Assembly (NCBI GenBank): GCA_965648905.1
Contig: CBFGIT010000021.1
Location: 1 to 45,537 of the forward strand
DNA: 45,537 nt
From: a candidate division WOR-3 bacterium
GTDB taxonomy: Bacteria; Hydrothermota; Tepidihabitantia; Tepidihabitantales; Tepidihabitantaceae
Direction of reading: 5' to 3'
Part shown: positions 8,944-17,843 of the stretch, piece after piece
Layout: the number at the start of each line of letters is the position of its first letter
How positions within the stretch are numbered: the stretch's first letter is position 1
Notes under the pieces: model-generated
Told to the model about the DNA's origin: nothing
Databases searched by the model: none
What the model saw: only the letters and a program-made list of their open reading frames with translations
Translations under genes and position numbers: made by a program

Positions 8944-9136
8944 GTGGGTTCTGGATTCTGCCTCTCTTTCGACTAACTTCATGATACTCAAATGGTTGAG
9001 TTCAGATGCCGGCCAAGCAGCCACTATGTTGTTTGGCTAAGTGACCCGTGAGTCGCTATCTGTGAGCCATGCCAAGACTGCTCACAGCCAGACAAGGTCG
9101 CCGCGTCTGTCCTGTTGTCAGAGTCAGCAGAGTCGG

Positions 9137-10477
9137 TTACTCAATCCACTCGACGTCGGTAAGGCCCAGGTCTTCTTTGGTCACGTTGCCCATGATGACC
9201 ATGACGTAGTTGCCCGGAAACAGCCGCTCATGGGCAGCCTGGTTGACCTGTTCAAGCGTGACCGCCCGGACTTTGTCCGGGAACTTCTCAAGCCAGTCGA
9301 TGCCGTAATGATAGAGCTCGACCGTCTGGGCTGACTGGAGCTTGCCGCGGTTGGAGCTGTAGGTAAGCGGGAAGCTGCCGGTGTAGTAGTTGTGAGCCTT
9401 AAGCAGCTCGGCCTTGTTCGCGCCCGCATCGTGCATCAGCACGATTTGGGAGAACATCCTTTGGATGGCTTCCCTGGGTCTTGCGGTCTGAACCGAGGCG
9501 CGGAACGCACCGGGCAGGAGTCGGCGGTCAAAGTAGCAGCGGACGTCATAGGCAAGCCCGGCCTCCTCGCGCACCGCGAGTCCGAGCCGAGAAGACATTG
9601 CTCCGCCGCCGAGGATGTACGACATCAGCCGAGCCGGAATCAGGTCAGAATCAAGCGCACTGATACCGGGGTGGCCGAACGTAACATACGTCTGATTCAT
9701 GTCCGGCCGGGTAATGAGTTTCACCCGCAGGCGCGCAGGTATGGCGGGTGAGCCGGACCCAGGCGCCGGTATTGTGCCCGGCTGCCAAGCCCCGAACCGC
9801 TTCTCAACCTCATCCAGCAGCACCGCACGTTCAACGTCGCCGACCGCGACGACGAAGCAGTTGTTCGGTCGGAAAAAGGTCTGGTGAAACGCCACCATGT
9901 CTGCGACCGTGATTCTGGGCAGAGAAGACGTATCGCCACCTGACGGTCGTCCGTAAGGATGGTCCCCGAAAAGAAGGCGGTTGAACTCGTCATCAACCAC
10001 TGCGCCCGGGTTGTCGAGTCGGCGCCGTGCACCAGCCAGAGTCTGGCCGCGCAGCATTGTGAACTCGGCCGTGTCGAAGCGCGGATAGAGCACGGCCTCA
10101 GCCCCGATGTCCAGGCCCGCGGCGAGGTCTTTGGCAAGCAGGCGCAGGGACACGCTGGCCGCGTCATAGTCAGCACCGCCGTGTAGTTCAGCGCCAAGGT
10201 ACTCGATGAGCGCGGCCATCGAGTCCGCCGTCATCGTGCGTGTACCGCGGGTGAGCATCTGGGCGACCAGGCCGGCCGTGCCAGCCTTGCCCGGCGGGTC
10301 GAAAGCAGCACCGGACCGGCAGACCAGCGACAGGTCCACAATCGGCAACCGATGGTCTTCATAGGTGATAACAACGAGGCCGTTAGGCAGGGAATCACGG
10401 TACAGAGGAAGGGCGAAGGAAAAGTGCAGAATGCAAAGAGCAGAAGGCAGAACGACGAGTAGCGAACGGCGTGTCAT
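9137..10477 (-). CDS. M16B peptidase, non-catalytic subunit
   Basis: LPNGL, FDPPGKAG, lacks HXXEH, SRL..VRE..GLAY motif; signal peptide. Confidence 0.9.
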   Translation of the reverse strand: MTRRSLLVVLPSALCILHFSFALPLYRDSLPNGLVVITYEDHRLPIVDLSLVCRSGAAFDPPGKAGTAGLVAQMLTRGTRTMTADSMAALIEYLGAELHGGADYDAASVSLRLLAKDLAAGLDIGAEAVLYPRFDTAEFTMLRGQTLAGARRRLDNPGAVVDDEFNRLLFGDHPYGRPSGGDTSSLPRITVADMVAFHQTFFRPNNCFVVAVGDVERAVLLDEVEKRFGAWQPGTIPAPGSGSPAIPARLRVKLITRPDMNQTYVTFGHPGISALDSDLIPARLMSYILGGGAMSSRLGLAVREEAGLAYDVRCYFDRRLLPGAFRASVQTARPREAIQRMFSQIVLMHDAGANKAELLKAHNYYTGSFPLTYSSNRGKLQSAQTVELYHYGIDWLEKFPDKVRAVTLEQVNQAAHERLFPGNYVMVIMGNVTKEDLGLTDVEWIE

Positions 10478-11790
10478 GGCTGCTCCCTTCGCTCAGATAC
10501 GAGCAGACCGACGGTGCGGTTGTCCTCATGGAGATGGGCGCGGCAGTAATCGCGCACCTGCTCTTTGGTAACCGAGGCGAGCAGCTCCCGCTCCTTCAGG
10601 AACCAGCGCCAGTCGCCGTGCAGGATGTAGGACGTGGCCAGAAAGTAGGCCATGTCTGAAACGTCATCGCGGCTGAAGACCTCGTCGGCCGCAAGCTGGT
10701 TGCGGACCCGCTCCATCTCCCGATCGGTGGCGAGTTCGGTCTTGAGGCGCTCGACCTCATCGTAGACCGCAAGCTCGACTGCCGGGATAAGGCTCTCAGC
10801 TTTGGGAACCACGTAGACCAGGAAGATACCCGGGTCCAGGCTCACCCAGGTCCAGGCGTTCACCGAAGTAACAAGTCCGTCCTTGACCACGAGCCGCTGA
10901 TACAGACGCGAGTTGCGGCCGCCGGCAAGGATGCTGGCCGCAACGTCGCCAACCGCATAGGTCGAGTCTCGCGTACCAGGTATGGGGAATGCGATGGCAA
11001 GCAGAGGAACCGACACGCGGCGGCGCACAACCACGCGACGCTCACCACGCTGCTTGGGTTCGACGTCGTAGAAGTCAGCGCGCTCGACCGGGCTGCCCTT
11101 GAGCCGGCCAAAGTATTTCTCAGCCCGGGAGCGAACGTCAGCCGGGTCAACGTGGCCGGCCACGACCAGGACGGCGTTGGCCGGGTTGTAGTACTTGTGG
11201 TACCAGTCACGCACCGGGCCGATGGTGTAACGCCGCACGTCATCGGACCAGCCGATCGTCGGGTTCCGTTGCGGGTTGGCGAGATATGCGGTCGCTTCGA
11301 AGCTCTCCCAGAAGACCGAGTTCGGGCGGTTGTCGTGGAGACGCCGCTCCTCGGACACGACGCCGTGTTCGGTCGCGAACTCGGAGTCAGGGAAGATGCA
11401 GCGCATCCGTGCGGCCTCGAGTTTGAGTCCGATGTCGTAGCGGTCGCTGGCCAGGTCCTCGTAGTAGCCGGTGTAGAATGTCGAGGTGAAACCGTTGTTG
11501 ACTGCGCCGACCGAGTCGAGGATACGGTCGAAGTCGCCCGGCGCGTAGATGTCCGAGCGCTTGAAGGTCATGTGTTCGAGCATGTGGGACAGTCCGGTCT
11601 TGCCGGTCGCCTCGTCGTAGGAGCCGACCTTGTAGTAGACGTTGACCGACGCAACCGGAGCCGACGAGTCAACATAGACGATGACCTTGAGACCGTTCTT
11701 GAGTTGATACTCGTGAACCCGCGACTCGACCGACGCGGCTACAACCAGGACAGGGAGAAACAGGATTGCTGCGCTGGCTTGGATTCTCAC
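10474..11790 (-). CDS. M16B zinc peptidase, catalytic subunit
   Basis: HMLEH (HXXEH), NGFTS, VVSEERR, YYNPANA; signal peptide. Confidence 0.92.
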   Translation of the reverse strand: MRIQASAAILFLPVLVVAASVESRVHEYQLKNGLKVIVYVDSSAPVASVNVYYKVGSYDEATGKTGLSHMLEHMTFKRSDIYAPGDFDRILDSVGAVNNGFTSTFYTGYYEDLASDRYDIGLKLEAARMRCIFPDSEFATEHGVVSEERRLHDNRPNSVFWESFEATAYLANPQRNPTIGWSDDVRRYTIGPVRDWYHKYYNPANAVLVVAGHVDPADVRSRAEKYFGRLKGSPVERADFYDVEPKQRGERRVVVRRRVSVPLLAIAFPIPGTRDSTYAVGDVAASILAGGRNSRLYQRLVVKDGLVTSVNAWTWVSLDPGIFLVYVVPKAESLIPAVELAVYDEVERLKTELATDREMERVRNQLAADEVFSRDDVSDMAYFLATSYILHGDWRWFLKERELLASVTKEQVRDYCRAHLHEDNRTVGLLVSERREQP

Positions 11791-11793
11791 AGG

Positions 11794-13746
11794 TTACCTC
11801 ACGACCAGGAATCGGGATACGCCCGACTGCTCACGCAGAAAGTAGACACCCGGTGACAGGCACGAGATGTCGTTCAGACCGGCATGGAGACTGAGCACCC
11901 TGCGGCCCGCTGCATCGAGCAAGCAGGTGCCCAAGGTTGACCGCTCACCGCTCGCGGTCTCCAGCAAACTGACAGCACCGCGTGTCAGGGTCTGCCCGGA
12001 AATCTGACGTCTGGCGACTGGCGCAGAGCGTTCCTGAATCCCGGTGAAGTTGACGCCTTCGACCGCGTCGAGGTAGAACGTGCCTGAGGCGGTCAGCCGG
12101 ACGAATCTAACGCTGTCCAGCCCGACCGAGCCCAAGTCAAAGCTGGTCTGGGCGCTATTGGCCGTGCCGAGGTTGGTCCACGGCCCCTGCCACGAGTTTG
12201 CGCCCTGGACGCTGGCTGTCCCGGAGCCGGACGACCGGTAGACCACGAGGTCGGTGCCGTCGCCGTTACGCACCGGCCGGTCCATGTCCAGACAGATGGT
12301 CTTGGTGTTGTCGAGCTGGAACGATACGCCGTCGTTGGGTCCAAGTGCGCGAACCGGATAGGTATGGTTGGAGGTTTCGTTGACGTAACTGCACCAGACC
12401 AGCCGGTAGGCAAAAAGCGGCGCACTCTCGTTCGCAGTCATCTGGACGTCGAGCGTGGCCGATGAGTCGCCCGAGTTCGGAACAACGACGCCGGCGATGG
12501 TCGTATCCAGGTATCCGGGAGCGCGAAATGTGACTGAGTACGTGCCTGGCAGGTAGAACCGGTGAAAGTCGCCGAGCTCAGGATGGTTGTAGCTGGGCCA
12601 GTTGGCCGGACCGACCCAGACCTGGCAGTGAACCGGCAGGCCGGTCGCGGCATCGGTTACTGTTCCATGGATGCCCTGGCCCGCGCGATGAAAGAACTCA
12701 AGCATCGCGGTCCGGTTCCGGTTGAAGGTCGGGTCAATCTCTGAGGCGGGCGGGGTCTTCTGCATGTTCACCTCAATCGACCAGCCCATCATGCCGCAGC
12801 CGTAGTCAAAATCCTTGGTCGAGCCGTTTATCGGGTACATCCCCTGATAACCCTGCCCGTACTCGTAGCCGTTGGGCACGCTGTAGCGCTGAGAAAGGAA
12901 GTTGAGCAGTCGTTTCTCGGGCGCCGAGTCCGGCGAATAACTCCACGGGAACGAGATGTACTCGGTACCGGCGTGAAACGAGACGAACATCACCATCGGA
13001 TTGCGCCCGATATGCGCCAGCACTGAGCGGTTCTCCGGCTCGCTGAAAGCCGATGCGCCCTGTGCGGTCTCACCGCCCCACATCCAGCCCCAGTTCCGAT
13101 TCAGGTCAACGTTGTTGCCGTTGTAACGCATCGCCGCGACGTACCCGTCCGGGTTGTACATCGGCATGAGCCAGATTTCCCTAGTGTTGATGAGCCGGGT
13201 GACGAGTGTATCGTTCCCGTAGTTGTTCAGCAGGTACTTTGCCATCTCAAAAGTCACGGCCCAGGCGATCTTCTCGTCACCGTGGATTGCCCCCTCAAAG
13301 TGAACCGCGGGCTCGTTCTCATGCACCTGGGGATTGTCCGAGAACTTGAGCGCCAGAAGCAACCTGCCGCCGTACGACGTCCCCAATGTCTCCAGCCGAC
13401 AGACTTCCGGGTTGTTAAGGGCAATAGTCTGCATGCTGTCGACAAACGCCTGATACGCAAGATACTGGCCGAAGTCGCAGCCGGTCTCGAAGTTGGCCTG
13501 GTAGACGTCGGTGATGGCCGGAGTGATGACCGTGATGTCAAAACCTCGGGCGGCAAGCGCGGCCTGCTCCGAAACTGCCACCTCAGCCACGATACCTTCA
13601 GCACTGATGTAATCGACAAGTGCGCCGCTCGACTCGACCGTACGCACGTCCGTTCTTGTTGCGTTTCGAATCAAGACGAGGTCACGCGGAGTCGCTGCTA
13701 GAACCACACCGGACAGGAACAGCCAGAGAATAAACAACCTGTTCAT
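11794..13746 (-). CDS. Secreted M14 zinc carboxypeptidase with C-terminal sorting domain
   Basis: IHGDE, NPDG, DLNRN, FSEPE, SFH; C-terminal LSPGVYFL; start ATG 13746 with GAGGAG RBS. Confidence 0.9.
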   Translation of the reverse strand: MNRLFILWLFLSGVVLAATPRDLVLIRNATRTDVRTVESSGALVDYISAEGIVAEVAVSEQAALAARGFDITVITPAITDVYQANFETGCDFGQYLAYQAFVDSMQTIALNNPEVCRLETLGTSYGGRLLLALKFSDNPQVHENEPAVHFEGAIHGDEKIAWAVTFEMAKYLLNNYGNDTLVTRLINTREIWLMPMYNPDGYVAAMRYNGNNVDLNRNWGWMWGGETAQGASAFSEPENRSVLAHIGRNPMVMFVSFHAGTEYISFPWSYSPDSAPEKRLLNFLSQRYSVPNGYEYGQGYQGMYPINGSTKDFDYGCGMMGWSIEVNMQKTPPASEIDPTFNRNRTAMLEFFHRAGQGIHGTVTDAATGLPVHCQVWVGPANWPSYNHPELGDFHRFYLPGTYSVTFRAPGYLDTTIAGVVVPNSGDSSATLDVQMTANESAPLFAYRLVWCSYVNETSNHTYPVRALGPNDGVSFQLDNTKTICLDMDRPVRNGDGTDLVVYRSSGSGTASVQGANSWQGPWTNLGTANSAQTSFDLGSVGLDSVRFVRLTASGTFYLDAVEGVNFTGIQERSAPVARRQISGQTLTRGAVSLLETASGERSTLGTCLLDAAGRRVLSLHAGLNDISCLSPGVYFLREQSGVSRFLVVR

Positions 13747-13819
13747 CGTTTCTCCTCGCCGCGGTCGCCGGGCACGTCCGACAGGCGGACGCGCTCGACC
13801 AGCGGCCGCTTCTGCCGCT

Positions 13820-14188
13820 CTACTTGCCGAGCAGCTCGTCAAGTTTTCGAAGCAGTTCGTCCCGGGTCAGCAGCTTGGTCAGATAGGCATCAGCGCCGGC
13901 CGCCATCGCGGCATCCAGATTCTCCCAGTCGTCCTGGGCAGTAAGCATGATGACCGGAGCGTTGAACGTCTTGTCGGCTTTGAGCGCGGCCAGGACTTGA
14001 TGGCCATTCATCCCCGGCATCTGAACGTCGAGCAGAATCGCGTCCGGTCGATCGACCTTGACCATGCTGAGTGCGGCCTGCCCGTCGCCGGCCTCACTCA
14101 CCCTGTGGCCTGCCGGCTCCAGCAGCTTCCGCACCAGCAGTCTGATACCAGGTTCATCGTCAACTACCAGGATATGTTTGGGGCTCAT
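13820..14188 (-). CDS. Single-domain CheY-like response regulator
   Basis: ILVVDD, LLDVQMPGMNG, IMLTA, YLTK. Confidence 0.92.
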   Translation of the reverse strand: MSPKHILVVDDEPGIRLLVRKLLEPAGHRVSEAGDGQAALSMVKVDRPDAILLDVQMPGMNGHQVLAALKADKTFNAPVIMLTAQDDWENLDAAMAAGADAYLTKLLTRDELLRKLDELLGK

Positions 14189-14195
14189 GGGTCAA

Positions 14196-14224
14196 AGTGT
14201 AGGCGGTGAACCCGGCACAGTCAA
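14196..14224 (-). promoter_or_regulatory. Promoter giving a probably leaderless response-regulator mRNA
   Basis: TTGACT-N17-TACACT, 7 nt before ATG 14188, no RBS. Confidence 0.65.
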
Positions 14225-14256
14225 GCCGGTCAGACCGGTCTCGAACGACGAGGAAA

Positions 14257-14342
14257 TGCCGAAGGTGGGAGTCGAACCCACAAGTCCATCGCTGAACGGT
14301 GGATTTTGAGTCCACTGCGTCTGCCAGTTCCGCCACTTCGGC
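14257..14342 (-). tRNA. tRNA-Leu (CAA), CCA not encoded
   Basis: GCCGAAG acceptor stem, anticodon loop CTCAAAA, long variable arm, GTTCGACTC T-arm. Confidence 0.95.
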
Positions 14343-14380
14343 CCATTGGAATTGCGCCCGGCCCCGATGCCGCCGGCTGG

Positions 14381-14466
14381 ATTGTAGACCCGATGTCTCA
14401 GTCAGTCAAGTCCGCGTTGCCCTTTCTCCAACGTTCTGTTGACTGCCCGAGTCCGGGTAGTAAACT
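14381..14466. promoter_or_regulatory. Divergent promoters for tRNA-Leu (minus) and tryptophanase-like gene (plus)
   Basis: Minus TTGACT-N17-TACAAT (14409-14381); plus TTGACT-N16-TAAACT (14439-14466). Confidence 0.65.
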
Positions 14467-14485
14467 CCTCCAAAGTGATCCTGCA

Positions 14486-16093
14486 ATGAACGAAAACTAT
14501 CTTGACTTCTTCATCGACCGGTTTCGCCGGCTCGACTGCCCGCCCCGGACTCTCGCCGAATACTGCCGGCCTCGGCCCTATCGCAATGCGATTGTCCGGT
14601 TCCGGCCCTGTGCCATGGGCGACTTCGATGAGCGACGAGCCCTCCTGCACCAGGTCGGGCTGAATGTGTTCGGATTTCCGGCTCACAAGATTCCAGGCTG
14701 CGACCTGCTTTCCGACTCCGGGACAACGACGATGACGATGGAACAGTGGTCCGAGCTGCTGCTCGGAGACGAGGCCTATGGTTCGAATCAGGGGTACTAT
14801 GAACTGAAAGAGCAGGTCGTGCGCACGTTCGGCCCATCATGGCAGGAAGCGCCCGGCACCCACGAGACCGTGTTTCTGTTCCACCAGGGTCGGGCTGCTG
14901 AGCACGCGTTGGCGACCGTCCTTGCCCAGGACCTGCTCCCCCATGTCGGCCCGAAGCAAGCATCGGGTCTGGTTGAGCAGCTCAGCCCGGACTTGCGTGA
15001 CCAGGTTCTGAAGAAGGTGTCCCGACCGAAAGATGGCTTCCTTATCATCCCCTCAAATTCGCACTTCGACACTACTGAGGGCAATTTCGAGGCTGCCAAC
15101 ATCGTCCCTTTGAACCTGCCGTGCCCTGAACACCGGAACCGGGACAAAAGCTTCGGCTTTCGCGGCAACATGGACCTGCCCGCACTGTCTGAGATTCTGA
15201 GCAAGTGCCGGCCGCTCGTGCCTTTGGTCTATCTGACCATCACCAACAATACCGGCGGCGGACAGCCGGTCTCGATGGAAAACATCACCCAGGTGGCAGC
15301 TTTAACCCGCAAGCATGGCATACCGTTCTTCTTTGACGCCTGCCGATTCGCCGAGAATGCATGGTTCATCAAACACCGCGAACCAGGCTACGAGACCCGA
15401 CCGGTCCAGGATATTGTCCACGAGATGTTCAAGCACGTAGACGGGTTCCACATCAGTTTCAAGAAGGACGGGCTGGCCAACATCGGCGGAGCACTGGTCG
15501 TCAAACCCGGAGCCGGATTCATAACCAGGTACCCGGCCCTGATCGGCAAGCTCACCGACCACCAGATTATGGTCGAGGGCCACCCGACTTATGGCGGCCT
15601 GGCTGGACGGGACCTGAAAGCAATCGCCCAAGGCTTGCGTACGGTGGTTGACGAGCGTTATCTGAGCTACCGCATCGAACAGGTGCAGCGGTTCGGTGCC
15701 CGGCTGGCCGCGCACGGTGTTCCAATCGTCGAACCGGTCGGCGGCTCAGCCGTCTACATCGAGATGGACGAGTTCTTCGGCACCAACCCGGGATTCCGCG
15801 GCATTGCTTTCACCGCCCTGCTCCTGCTTGCCGGTCATCGACTCTGCGAGCTTGGCGCCTATGCGTTCGGCAAGTTCCGCGCTGGTCAGGAAATCGGCCC
15901 TGACCCGCGCGTCAATAACGTTCGGGCCGCGGTACCGAGGCTGGCCTACGAGGACCAGGACCTGTTCTCTACAGCCGAAGCAGTCAAGGTCCTGCTTGAC
16001 CACCGGGACCGCATTCCTGATGTTCGGGTCACTTATGGCCGGGAATTGAATCTGCGGCATTTCAAGAGCCGCTTTGAGTTCTGTCCACTGTAA
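14486..16093 (+). CDS. tnaA: Tryptophanase-like PLP-dependent beta-eliminating lyase
   Basis: DLLSDSGT, GDEAY, HQGRAAE, FDTT, TNNTGGGQPVS, RFAENA, SFKKD (PLP Lys), LRHF. Confidence 0.75.
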   Translation: MNENYLDFFIDRFRRLDCPPRTLAEYCRPRPYRNAIVRFRPCAMGDFDERRALLHQVGLNVFGFPAHKIPGCDLLSDSGTTTMTMEQWSELLLGDEAYGSNQGYYELKEQVVRTFGPSWQEAPGTHETVFLFHQGRAAEHALATVLAQDLLPHVGPKQASGLVEQLSPDLRDQVLKKVSRPKDGFLIIPSNSHFDTTEGNFEAANIVPLNLPCPEHRNRDKSFGFRGNMDLPALSEILSKCRPLVPLVYLTITNNTGGGQPVSMENITQVAALTRKHGIPFFFDACRFAENAWFIKHREPGYETRPVQDIVHEMFKHVDGFHISFKKDGLANIGGALVVKPGAGFITRYPALIGKLTDHQIMVEGHPTYGGLAGRDLKAIAQGLRTVVDERYLSYRIEQVQRFGARLAAHGVPIVEPVGGSAVYIEMDEFFGTNPGFRGIAFTALLLLAGHRLCELGAYAFGKFRAGQEIGPDPRVNNVRAAVPRLAYEDQDLFSTAEAVKVLLDHRDRIPDVRVTYGRELNLRHFKSRFEFCPL

Positions 16094-16108
16094 ACCAAAG
16101 GAGGCAGC

Positions 16109-17815
16109 ATGTTCGAGATTCTGGCATTCCTCTTGGTCGTGATACCGACCCGCGGCATGGTGATCTCGGTATCAGATGCCGGTGCTTCTGTTCCGAACGA
16201 GAACCGCCTGCATGACACGGTCGTGTCCGTCGCCGGCCCAGCGGCCGACGAGTTGCCCCTCATGCCCGGCTGGCCGGTCAAGGTCTCCAGCGACCCGCAG
16301 TTCGGGCCGTCGCGTGGCGTGGCCCTGGCCGACCTTGACGGCGACGGACGGCTTGAGGTCATCCGCGCTTCAACTGCGAATCAACTGCATGTCTGGAAGT
16401 ACGACGGCACCCCCTTCCCAGGCTGGCCCAAGACCCTGACCGGCATGGGTCAGTACGCTGCTGCCGTGGCCGATGTAGACCGCGACGGCCAGTATGAGAT
16501 CGGCATCACAACCCGGGGCATGACCAGCGGCGGCCGGGTCTATCTGTTTGCCCCAAACGGAACCGTCAAACCCGGCTGGCCCTACTCTGGTCTGGTCGGT
16601 GGCAACTTTGAAGACGCCCCGACATTCGCCGACCTTGACGGCGATGACACCCTGGAGGTGATTGTCGGCGAACGCAACTACCCGATCGGCCACCTGCATG
16701 TGCTTGACCACCGGGGCCGACCCTTTCCGGGCGCGTGGCCATGCTCGCTCGACCATGTACCGGCAACCGGAGCCGCGGTTGGCGACATCAACCTCGATGG
16801 TGTGAAGGAGATCGTCTACTGCTCGTACAGCTCAATCTACGTCCTCCGGCCCGACGGCACGAATCTGCCCGGCTGGCCCCAGGTCAACCCCACGGGCCGC
16901 TACTTCTCCTACCAGTCGCCGGCTCTGGCCGACCTCGACGGCGACGACACGCTTGAGATTGTCGCGGGCATGCACCGCAACGGCGCCTGCTGCGTCTGGC
17001 GCTACGACGGCACCATGCTTACCGGTTGGCCCCGTCCGTTCTCGCGCTGGACCTACTGCCCGCCGACCACAGCCGACCTGTACCGCAACAGTGACCTGAA
17101 AGTGCTGGACGGCCTGGCCGGAATCATGGGTGCGTCGGCTGACGTGCTCTATGCGTTCGACGATGACGGTTCGGGTCTGCCCGGATTCCCTTATCGCGAC
17201 CCGGACGGCGGCTCAGCCGAAGGCGACATTGCTGTTGCCGACCTCGATGGCGACCACGACATGGAGATTATCATTACGAGCAACCTGGTGACCAACGCGG
17301 ACACGGCCGGATATCTGCACGCACTGCACCACGACGGCACCGTGGTTACCGGTTGGCCCCTGCGGCCCCGGGGATTCACCTATCTGAACGGCGCGAGTGT
17401 GGCAGACGTAGACGGTGACGATTCGCTCGACATCATCGCGGTTTCCGCGTACGGCAACTTCATGTGGGTTCACATCTGGAAGACAGGCGTGCCGTTCGAC
17501 CGCATGACCTGGGAGTGGCCGACCTATCAGTTCGACATGTGCCGGACCGGGCTGTACCGGTCAGCTCAAGTCGGCCTTGCCGAACAACCGCGCAATCCAA
17601 GGCCTGCCGGGTTCCTCCCGAGTCCGAGCATCGCCCGACCCGGAACCCGGCTTGCCTGGCCGAAGACGCCGGAACAGGCAACTCTCTTTGACCATGCCGG
17701 TCGGTGCGTCGCTGAACTCGAAAGCAACGCCAGCCTGCGCCTGCCCGGGACACTGAAAGCCGGGGTCTACTTCGTGCGGGCAGACAACCGGACTGCCAAG
17801 CTCGTAGTCAGGTAG
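16109..17815 (+). CDS. Secreted FG-GAP/VCBS repeat protein with C-terminal sorting domain
   Basis: Multiple ADLDGDxxLE(I/V) and PGWP repeats; LKAGVYFVR..KLVVR; AGGAGG RBS. Confidence 0.88.
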   Translation: MFEILAFLLVVIPTRGMVISVSDAGASVPNENRLHDTVVSVAGPAADELPLMPGWPVKVSSDPQFGPSRGVALADLDGDGRLEVIRASTANQLHVWKYDGTPFPGWPKTLTGMGQYAAAVADVDRDGQYEIGITTRGMTSGGRVYLFAPNGTVKPGWPYSGLVGGNFEDAPTFADLDGDDTLEVIVGERNYPIGHLHVLDHRGRPFPGAWPCSLDHVPATGAAVGDINLDGVKEIVYCSYSSIYVLRPDGTNLPGWPQVNPTGRYFSYQSPALADLDGDDTLEIVAGMHRNGACCVWRYDGTMLTGWPRPFSRWTYCPPTTADLYRNSDLKVLDGLAGIMGASADVLYAFDDDGSGLPGFPYRDPDGGSAEGDIAVADLDGDHDMEIIITSNLVTNADTAGYLHALHHDGTVVTGWPLRPRGFTYLNGASVADVDGDDSLDIIAVSAYGNFMWVHIWKTGVPFDRMTWEWPTYQFDMCRTGLYRSAQVGLAEQPRNPRPAGFLPSPSIARPGTRLAWPKTPEQATLFDHAGRCVAELESNASLRLPGTLKAGVYFVRADNRTAKLVVR

Positions 17816-17843
17816 TGCCACAGACGCACAGGCCCGAGCGCGC

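Noticed and set aside
8972..9000. Xer/dif-like imperfect palindrome (CTAACTTCATGATACTCAAATGGTTGAG)
   Set aside because: Match is too loose and no recombinase is nearby; cannot be supported
14257..14342. tRNA-anchored genomic island
   Set aside because: No integrase and no duplicated tRNA 3' end for either tRNA within the window
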